From Vicugna vicugna (lineage: Eukaryota): a stretch of DNA of 64,000 bases. Each line of letters starts with the position of its first letter. Position 1 is the first letter of the stretch. The stretch lies in assembly GCA_013265495.1 (NCBI GenBank), contig MU057521.1:1996335-2060334 (forward strand), read 5' to 3'. This document shows positions 53,041 through 61,455 of this stretch, piece after piece. Both the position numbers and the translations under genes were made by a program. The notes beneath the pieces are model-generated. The model saw only the letters and a list, made by a program, of their open reading frames with translations, had not been told where the DNA came from and ran no database searches.

Positions 53041-55748
53041 AGGATCTCAGACATTTCCTAGGACTGCTGCCTCCTCACTGCTCCACTGTCCTGTCTCTGT
53101 CTGGATGCCTTATTCAGACCTAGGAAAAAGCCCCACTCCACTCTACATCCAATTTCTTCTTTAGTCTTTACTCAATTTGTAGGCTTCTGGGACCATCTCT
53201 CAAACGCTTATCATTCCAAGGCCCTGCTTTCTACAAGTTATGGATATGAAATGCAGACTGTTTTTTTATCGGCCTCAGAAGTAGCAGCAGCAAAGAAAAA
53301 AATTTAAAAATGGACCTTTAAGCCTAAAGCCCCGTCAGTATAGATTCAGTAGATGAACTGAGTCCTGTACACAGTGCAAGTTATTGCCCACTGTGAAAAG
53401 AATGTGCCAAGTTTCTTCTGAAACTTGACCATCTCTGTTGAGTCCTTTACACCATAAGGTGCAACATATTATTAGAGATGCAACCCCGATTGGTGCAAAT
53501 TTGAAGGAAAATCTGTATGACAAATACTTAACATAAAAATTTAGATTAATAATGCACCTTTGAAAGAATGAGTCAATCAGACTCAAATTCTACCACTTTT
53601 ATTCCAAAGTGTACATTTATGATTGCATTTCCTGATACAAACTTTTATTTTTGCCACAGCCCTTTGTTTGCCTATTTAGTCATCCATCTATATGTTGTCC
53701 TGAAAGGTACACATTTTACCATTAGCTATTTGTGCTTCTCTATTACTTATTTTTACTATAAGAGCTTTTGTCAAAAAAAAAAAAAGTTTATCATGTTCTA
53801 TGGTATGTCACTGTGGTTTGGTATCATAAAACGTAGCCTCTACATTTATCAACCTCAGATACCTGTTGACCACAAAGATAGGCTCTACTGAGAAAACTTT
53901 ATTTTGAAAGGAGGAAAAAGGGAGCCTTCACTCAGAAAGAAAACTCAATCAATTGTATGGGATGTTAATATACCACAACTTGACAACAAAGATCAAGATT
54001 ATATCTTAATTTCTATCATAAACATATGTCTCCGTTTTTCCTCTTTTTATTAAATTACTTGACACATGACAGTTATCACCTTTGATTTCTTTCAACTAGA
54101 AAGAAAAAAAATTTAAATATTTTTTCACAAAAAGATGAAATAGTGAAACTGTTAAATTTGTTTTACTTTGGTCTTAAATGATCCTTTTGGCATCTGGAAG
54201 TCCCTACCTCTTTGGTTATGGTGGTTAAAAATAAAACCACTTACTTATCCAAACATTTAACAAAAATATTTTTTTCACCCTTTACTGAATTCTTCCAGAA
54301 TTACTAAAGATCTGATAATATGGGATCTCAAAAAAACAAACAATTCACAAAAAGCATTTAAACTCTGGAGATTAAATAGGGATGTTTTAAACAGTCAACA
54401 GTGGCATCAATATTTTGTCAACTTTGGTCAAGTAGGATCAGATGTTCATGTTAGTCATCTACTTTTCTTGGCCTTTTCTCTTTTTGGCCCCTTAATATTA
54501 GCATACTCTGTAAACTGTAGTAAAATATGTAATGTGCTTCTTGAAATCGAATCCACTTGTAATGACTTCTAGGCTTTTTAATCCCGTTAGGTCCTATAAA
54601 ATAATAACACAAGTAATTCTCCCTAGAGACTATAAAAGGAAGCACTGAGCTGCATCCTTTTTCAAAGACAATTCTTCAGGTGAAAACAAAAAGTGTGCAA
54701 AAAAAAAAAAAACCTTTGGACAAGAATCATTCCTCTTTTACTTTTTCATAAATTAATAACTTGGGATATAAAGTATAGATTTCACTCACACTTCATCAAT
54801 CTTGGGACCTGTACCCCTCCCCCGGAGAATCACACACAATAAAAGAACTTTATGGTAACGTGCTGGAAGCTCGATTTTGCACAACAGTACCAGAAAAAAA
54901 AAATCAGCTCACAGATGTTCCTCAAAAATACAAGCATCAATCACTTCGGCTAAAGGCAGAGCATGAGAATCCACAGCTAAGAATCAATTCTCCTATGCTT
55001 TCTGCAGATACCACAGATGCAAGCTTTTCCAGCAGAGGAGACCACCAAAAGACAGGGATTCTAGGTGGTGAAAAGTAAAAGATACTCAGATTCCAGTAAA
55101 CCTCAAAATCATACACAAGTTATAGAAACAGAACACAAGGTACGGCAGCCAATGCAAATTCTGTCACTGATGAGATACCACAGCTGAGTGTTCTTCAAAA
55201 CCCTGGGTGATGCCCCCTTGGGAATGTGGCACGCAGTGTAGGCGAGAGTCCCTGGACTTTTGGAAAGTCAACTAACACCTTATCTTTTTACAAACACATT
55301 CAAGTTCCCCAGGGAAAAGGGCTACATTGGTTTTTCTTTTTGGGTAGATTTTACCAAGTGAAAAGGCATGCTCTTGGTCTTCTGGGGGAGTCTGTTCTTC
55401 TAATTGGGTGGTTCTCAAATTTTAGTACAAAAAAGAAACCCCCCAGGAGAGCTCATTTCTGATGTGGACTGCCAGGACCCAGCCTGGCTTCTCATTTACG
55501 AGTTGTCCTTGCAATCTCTGATTTCAACCAGCTACTCAGGCCAGGTATTGTGATGCTGGGGATTCTTGGATCCCCAGTTTGAGAAACCTGAAGGGGTGCC
55601 ATTTATCCCAAGAGCCTATCGAATCTAGATCTTTGAACCTCAGCGGCAGACAAGCAAAGGAAACAATTTTGGCGGTAAGCAAGATCACAGCAGGATTGGC
55701 AGAGAGAGCTCTGTATAGGGGGAAAGGGAGGGAAGCCACAAACCTGAT

Positions 55749-55754
55749 TTTATT
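55749..55754 (-). terminator. Intronic polyadenylation signal AATAAA for the beta-type transcript
   Basis: tttatt on + strand, followed on the - strand by GU-rich GGTTTGTGGCTT and a pyrimidine-rich tract; lies just 3' of the read-through stop codon. Confidence 0.65.
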
Positions 55755-55812
55755 GCATTGGCTTAGGGGCCTGCCCTTGGCCCAGCAGCCCACCCACACT
55801 CCAACCAGCGCA

Positions 55813-56418
55813 TCACAGACCCAAGACATCCAGCCCGGACTCACATTCAACCAGATATGCACCTACCCAGCCTCCGTTATCCTGGATCCAGGTGTGCAGG
55901 TGCAGATTCAGGTACTCAGTCATCCACAGGACGATGTTGTCCACCAGGGGCGACATCTCCCGGTTGACGCTCTCCACACACATGACCCCACCGAACTCAA
56001 AGAAGGCCACAATCCTCCCCCAGTTCACCCCATCCCTGAAGAGCTCCTCCACCACCGTGGCAAAGCGTCCCCTCGCGGTGAAGGGCGTCAGGTGGAGCTG
56101 GCTGGACATCTCGGCAAAGTCGCGGCGGTAGCGACGGGAGAAGTCATCGCCGGCCTGGCGCAGGGTCAGGTGGACCACAGGTGGCACAGGGCTGAGCGCA
56201 GGCCCTGCGGCGGCGGCGGCAGGCGCGGTCGGGGGCGGCGGCGGCGAGGTCCTGGCGGGCGCGGGGGTGCGCCCGGGTTGGGAGGAGAAGATGCCCGGCG
56301 CGGGGGCGGTCCCCGGGGACACGGCGTCCCACTCGTAGCCCCTCTGCGACAGCTTATAGTGGATGTATTTCATCACTATCTCCCGGTTATCGTACCCTGT
56401 TCTCTCAGCGTGCGCCAT
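55813..56418 (-). CDS. BCL2: BCL2-beta-like read-through isoform, 201 aa ending ...[21 protein letters not shown], no transmembrane anchor
   Basis: Frame stays open 17 codons past the exon 2 donor to TGA at 55813-55815. AATAAA follows ~59 nt downstream. Same architecture as human BCL2-beta; expression not demonstrable from sequence. Confidence 0.6.
   Translation of the reverse strand: MAHAERTGYDNREIVMKYIHYKLSQRGYEWDAVSPGTAPAPGIFSSQPGRTPAPARTSPPPPPTAPAAAAAGPALSPVPPVVHLTLRQAGDDFSRRYRRDFAEMSSQLHLTPFTARGRFATVVEELFRDGVNWGRIVAFFEFGGVMCVESVNREMSPLVDNIVLWMTEYLNLHLHTWIQDNGGWVGAYLVECESGLDVLGL
55867..56418 (-). CDS. BCL2: BCL2 apoptosis regulator, first coding exon (exon 2) of the alpha isoform; 184 codons, phase-0 donor, remaining CDS outside the window
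   Basis: Translation [30 protein letters not shown] (BH4), [12 protein letters not shown] (BH3), [20 protein letters not shown] (BH1), [10 protein letters not shown] (BH2). Strong Kozak aggATGg at 56418. Donor TGG|GTAGGT at 55867/55866, the conserved BCL2 exon 2 boundary. Confidence 0.99.
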
Positions 56419-56462
56419 CCTTCCCCCGAGGAAAAGCAGCCGGGTACCAACAACACCTCTCG

Positions 56463-56487
56463 CCCCCGCTTCCCGCCCCACGGCCCC
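56463..56487 (-). promoter_or_regulatory. 5' UTR RNA G-quadruplex motif GGGGCCGTGGGGCGGGAAGCGGGGG
   Basis: Four G-tracts with 4/1/4-nt loops ~45 nt upstream of the ATG; same position as the described human BCL2 5' UTR RNA G4. Confidence 0.75.
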
Positions 56488-56501
56488 ACAAGAGAGAATA
56501 G

Positions 56502-56537
56502 TTATAATCCAGCTATTTTATTGGATGTGCTTTGCAT
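56502..56537 (-). CDS. 11-aa upstream [14 protein letters not shown] (-119 to -84), the known inhibitory BCL2 uORF
   Basis: ATG CAA AGC ACA TCC AAT AAA ATA GCT GGA TTA TAA, starting exactly 119 nt upstream of the main ATG and out of frame with it. Confidence 0.85.
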   Translation of the reverse strand: MQSTSNKIAGL

Positions 56538-56592
56538 TCTTGGATGAGGGGGTGTCTTCAATCACGCGGAACACTTGATTCTGGTGTTTCCC
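56502..56592 (-). promoter_or_regulatory. BCL2 P2 promoter: TATA (TTATAA 56502-56507), CCAAT (56520-56524), octamer-like ATGCAAAGCA (56528-56537), NF-kB-like GGGAAACACC (56583-56592)
   Basis: All four motifs are read directly, in the order and spacing established for the human P2 promoter. Confidence 0.88.
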
Positions 56593-56697
56593 TCCTGGCA
56601 TGAGATGCAGGAAATTTTTATTTAAATTCCTTTCGGATCTTTATTTCATGAGGCACATTATTAATTTTGTTAATATCAGTCTATTTCCTCCGTGATG

Positions 56698-56904
56698 CTG
56701 AAAGGTGAAAAAAAACTAAGTCAAAATCAGGTGCATTTTCCTTACACACTGGGGAACGCAGGTCATACACACTGCAAGTTACACAGCTAAAAAGAATGTA
56801 TTAAACTGCTTGGAAATAAACTTACTCGAATGCACTTAAAGTTAAAATTTCAAATGTTTCCATTGAAAGTTACATTAAACCAATTTCCTGTGCAAAGAAC
56901 TTAC
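56698..56904 (-). other. BCL2: BCL2 intron 1 (207 nt)
   Basis: Donor AATACAA|GTAAGT at 56905/56904; polypyrimidine tract plus CAG acceptor at 56698-56700; size similar to the ~220-nt human intron 1. Confidence 0.9.
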
Positions 56905-57822
56905 TTGTATTTTTTAAGGACAGCATGATCCTCTGTCAAGTTTCCTTTTTTGTGAAAACAAAACAAATGCATAAGGCAAAGATTCCATCAGTCTTCAGAA
57001 CTCTCCAGTTATAGCTGCTTTGAAACTTCCAAATGAATCAGGAGTTGGGGGAGGGGGGTGTAAAAATTAGGAGAATTTCCAGTTTGATTCCCAGACTTCT
57101 CCTTTACAGAAATGTCAATCCGTAGAAATCCCAACCGGAGAGCTCAAGAGCACGAGAAAAGAAAGGCAGCGGCGGCGGCGGCGGCAGATGAATTACAATT
57201 TTCAGTCCGGTATTTGCAGAAGTCCTGTGATTTTCCCTCTTTCGGCAATTTACACGCGCGCACACACGCGCGGGCACAGACATGGATCTCTATCCGCGGG
57301 ACCGCTTCACGCCTCCACGGGAGAGAGACAGGGATCGGGGGCCGGTGGACGAGCCGGGAACGGGGGCAGGAATCCTCTTCTGATTAAACTCCGAACGGCA
57401 AATGCATTTTCCGAAAAGCTGCTTGATAAATGAAGGCTGGACGCGCCCGGCCCGCCGGTGCCGAGCGCGAGAAGCCCGCGCTGTGTGTGGTGCGGCCAGG
57501 GGTGGGGAGAAGGAGGTGGTGGGGGAGGGTTTTATTTTTTCCTCTTTTCCTAAAAAGGATAACTGCTACGAAGTTCTCCCCCCCCGGACCCCCTCTTCCG
57601 CTGCACCCCACCGGCGCACCCCGCCTCCGGGCTGCGCACCCTTTCTCCTCCTCCTGCTCCTCTGCGCGGCGGCGCTGGCGGCGCCCGCCTCCCCCGCGCT
57701 CCCGCCGCGCACCCGCTCTGGGCGATGACGGCCGCGCCGGCGGGGAGGGCCCGGCGCCCGGCACCTTCGCTGGCAGTGGCGGCGGCGGCGGCGGTGTCTC
57801 GGCGGGGAAACCGAGCGCGGCG
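56905..57822 (-). other. BCL2: BCL2 non-coding exon 1 (P1-derived leader; 5' end runs into the gap)
   Basis: Blocks such as GCCAGCGAAGGTGCCGGG, GGAGGAGGAGAAAGGGTGCGCAGCCCGGAGGCGGGG and GATTGACATTTCTGT match the recalled human P1 transcript leader. Confidence 0.85.
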
Positions 57823-58215
57823 NNNNNNNNNNNNNNNNNNNNNNNNNNNNNNNNNNNNNNNNNNNNNNNNNNNNNNNNNNNNNNNNNNNNNNNNNNNNNN
57901 NNNNNNNNNNNNNNNNNNNNNNNNNNNNNNNNNNNNNNNNNNNNNNNNNNNNNNNNNNNNNNNNNNNNNNNNNNNNNNNNNNNNNNNNNNNNNNNNNNNN
58001 NNNNNNNNNNNNNNNNNNNNNNNNNNNNNNNNNNNNNNNNNNNNNNNNNNNNNNNNNNNNNNNNNNNNNNNNNNNNNNNNNNNNNNNNNNNNNNNNNNNN
58101 NNNNNNNNNNNNNNNNNNNNNNNNNNNNNNNNNNNNNNNNNNNNNNNNNNNNNNNNNNNNNNNNNNNNNNNNNNNNNNNNNNNNNNNNNNNNNNNNNNNN
58201 NNNNNNNNNNNNNNN
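57823..58215. other. Assembly gap (393 N) over the P1 core promoter
   Basis: Run of N flanked by extremely GC-rich sequence, ~1.4-1.8 kb upstream of the ATG. Confidence 0.99.
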
Positions 58216-58410
58216 GTGTGCGAGGGGCCTCCTCCGGCCTGCGGCGGGCCCGGCGCGCGCTCGGGGTCTCCGGGGCCCGCGAGGGGCCGGGGGGGGGGCC
58301 CGGGGAACCGCACGCGGCCGGCCGGGTGGCTGCTGGGGAGTGAGGGGAGGGGGGGCCGCCAAGAAAACAAGCGCTGGAAAAGCGCCGGGAATCGCTTAGA
58401 CCCTTCTAAC

Positions 58411-58449
58411 CGTGTGTGTGCGTGTGTGTGTGCGCGCGCGCACACACAC
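58411..58449. repeat. (TG)n(CG)n(CA)n alternating purine-pyrimidine tract
   Basis: 39 bp of unbroken Y/R alternation. Confidence 0.95.
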
Positions 58450-60241
58450 CGTGTTACCAGCGCTCGGCCGAGGCTGACCTTCCCTTGAAGAAAGGCGACG
58501 CTGCCCATTCATCAGCGAGGGAAGCTCCAAGCGTAGTGTTTCCTTTCCAGTTGCTCCCTAGGTGTCCATGCAGAACATACACTCCGGAGACACCATCCCT
58601 GATCAAGGCTAGACGTAGCTCTCAGTGGCCCAGCGGAGAAGCCAGTAGGGGATACCACGGGCTTTCAAGTGGTTAAGTAAATATTTTTCCTCTGCTCCTA
58701 GCAATTTTGGCATTGGGTTAGGGCTGGACGCCGCGGGGGGCTATAGGGCAACTTTCAGGCCGGCAGCCCCTAACCCATGGTGGGTGGGTTTCTGAGGACC
58801 TCCATGGTCGCCTAGCAGCGAATCCCAGATGGTCACACTTTCTCGAGTTATCTATACGTACACAGACCCAGGTATTACACACTTAGTAAGTACACACCAG
58901 CACACGCTGGTTTTTTTTTTTTTAATTCATCAGCATGAGTAGCCTCCAGGAGAAAAACATGAGGGCAAACCAGTTGCATGTGTTTATTTTTATCTCTAAG
59001 AGTCTTTGACAAATAAAGTGCAAAGAAAAAAATGTTTACTAATAGCATGGCGGTTTACCTAACGGGGCTCAAGTACAAACGGATAGGGACACTGGATTAT
59101 TGTGGTCGCAGAAACGTGAGAAGTGAGTACTGCCCGGGTGCACAAAAACGTTCTCACACTGTCTTTAGTTTGTCTCATTCCTAGTCTAAAATCAAAGCAT
59201 TTCTTCCTTAGCAAAATAAGCACAGCAAATTATTTTAATTTCTTCACTTATCAAAGCCAATCAGCCAATGTGCCAACCTCTGGCAGATAGGAATGACTGC
59301 CTGTCCAACTGTCTTACTCAGACAAGAGAGAATGAAGGAAGGTGGTCCTTCCAGCCTTCCCAGGGCTGTGCCAGAGTGCCCTTTTACCCATGGTCGTGGT
59401 GTGCTGGCCCGGAGAGAGATGCTGGGTATAGACTGACCTGGGATATATGTTCTCACGGAAATTAGCAGAAACCCCTGCTAACGCCACACATCGTGGTTTA
59501 GGAATCTTCTCAGAACCTTGTCTTAAACCTCCAGAATCACTTAAGAGGAATTGAAAGCTTTAGTGTTCTGAGATCCAGCATGTGAGTGAGGAAATGAGAG
59601 GCCAGAGGTGGAAAGGAGAGTACTTCTGCAAAGGGGGCAACCAAAAGTAAACGATACCCCATTCCCAGGGAAAGAAAAGCTTCCTTTATTCCTCCTTTAC
59701 TTTATAGAGCCTCACTTTACAGAGTCTTCTACACTTGACTGTTAACCAGGTATTTTCAGGACAGGTCTGCATTAGTCCTTGACTAAGGCTGTATATTCCC
59801 TGGGAATGAATGTCCTGGATACTCTTTCAATCAAAAGGGTGAAAAAATTCCTCCATTCAGATTGCATGTTTATTAGAGTCCACCTAAAGCTGAGGGCGGG
59901 TATTCCCCAGAAGTGTGTGGATTAACTGTCTGCCTCTGGGCATTGGTGAGATGGCGGAGGGACCACTAGTCTGTGTCAGGAGTTCCAGGTGTGAATCTAG
60001 AGACCTTCCAATGACCTTCTACATGTAGGCTTTTCACTTCCCAAGACGCCTTCCACTTTTAAGAGCCAATGGATGGTCCTTTTCCCAGTTTTGCCTGGCT
60101 GGGTTCTAGCAGTAGGGTGACACCAGGAAGAGAAAAGAACAAGATGCAGTGAATGGAGATTGTATCAAGAATCTGAAAGGCCTATGTTTTCCTTCTTTAT
60201 TCTCCAGTCTGGCAAACAAAAAGCTTTTTATTGCCAGTTTT

Positions 60242-60254
60242 CGCCACCTACTGG
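60242..60254 (-). promoter_or_regulatory. CTCF consensus site CCAGTAGGTGGCG
   Basis: Matches all positions of CCASYAGRKGGCR; in apparently unique sequence upstream of P1. Confidence 0.65.
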
Positions 60255-61455
60255 TTGATATTTAACAGTATCATTCAGAAAGTTCTTTTCATCCATCACC
60301 AATATAAATGTTCCAAAGTTTATGAAATTCAAAAAGGACATTATTCTAATATAATTATGTTCTAATCTGAACATACTAATATTTAATATAGGTATGTATG
60401 AATCTTCCCAACTATTAAAATTTTTATTTAAAATGAGGCTACAAAGACATTGTTAACTGAGAGGGAATTGACAACTAATAGGCAAGATGAAAGAGTTAAA
60501 ATTATAAAACATGACCCCAAACCATTTAGGCAAACTGAAGTGCAAATAAAACCATAAACAAGATGAACTGATTAGCGAGAGTAAAAGCAAGTTGTCAGCC
60601 TGCATAAAAAAAGGAACTGCTTAAAAATAACATCTCACAGGCCTAGATGAGCAATCCAAAACACTGATTACCAATTTCAAATATCTTCTACACTATTGTT
60701 TCCAATTTTATTAAGATATAATTGAACTAAGTATCTTATACACTATAAACTCTTAGGCTAAATAGGGCCACATGCTTTAAGATGGTTTGCATACTTAGTT
60801 GGCAAACATTATATAATAATGTTATTACTACAATATGAATTCCCTATTAGTATTAATATTACTAACAGTAATACTGTTCCTGATTCATTTATGTTCCAGA
60901 GCTGCTCTTCTGTAAGAGTGATTGTATCTGTGTCATCCGCTGTTTGCTCTCGAACCATCCTTGTCTTCATCAGGAAACTCTTTGGCCGAATCTAAACCAA
61001 CAGGCCTCAGTTTACCTGAGAAACCCACTTGCTAATTTCAGGCGGGTCTTAAACTGCAAAAAATGTTTAGAATGATTAACAACTTTTGAAACTAGGCAAC
61101 AAGTGCAGATAAATCATTCTGTTGTGCAAGTTTGATAACCAGCAAATAATGTTTACTTTTGGTTTACAAAGGAAAGCACAATAAACTCACCTATGGCAAT
61201 TTATTCCTTTCAAATTAGTGACTTGGCATTTAAAGTGAGTAAACTGAGATTAGGAGCTTGTCTTACACTTTTTAAATGCCTACTGCTCTTGTTGGATTGA
61301 CGTGAAACACCTCAGTGCTGAGGGGAAACAGGCAGAGAATTTACATTCTTATGTGCAATGGCTAACTTTTATTTTCTTATACTCTTTAGCACAGAGCACA
61401 GTGTTTCCCAGACATTAATTGCTGATGAACACATTTAGAAAAATCGAGGTTAATA

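Larger units (their letters stand above)
1..55866 (-). other. BCL2: BCL2 intron 2 (5' portion; continues beyond window)
   Basis: Begins GTAGGT after the W codon. No exon 3 peptide (DAFVELYG...) among the listed ORFs. Repeat-rich non-coding character, consistent with the known very large BCL2 intron 2. Confidence 0.93.
56419..56697 (-). other. BCL2: 5' UTR part of BCL2 exon 2 (279 nt)
   Basis: Acceptor ...ttttcacctttcag|CATCACGGAGG; sequence closely matches the recalled human BCL2 leader. Confidence 0.9.
55900..58500. promoter_or_regulatory. CpG-island region spanning exon 2 CDS and exon 1/P1, interrupted by an AT-rich segment at ~56500-57120
   Basis: Very high GC and CpG density at ~55900-56490 and ~57150-58500. 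Confidence 0.85.

Noticed and set aside
55579..56547. 322-aa ORF antisense to BCL2 exon 2
   Set aside because: Non-ATG start and no recognisable domain; long antisense frames are expected opposite GC-rich coding sequence.
57384..58508. Long ORFs (224-374 aa) across the promoter
   Set aside because: They span 393 Ns and stop-poor CpG-island DNA; artefacts.
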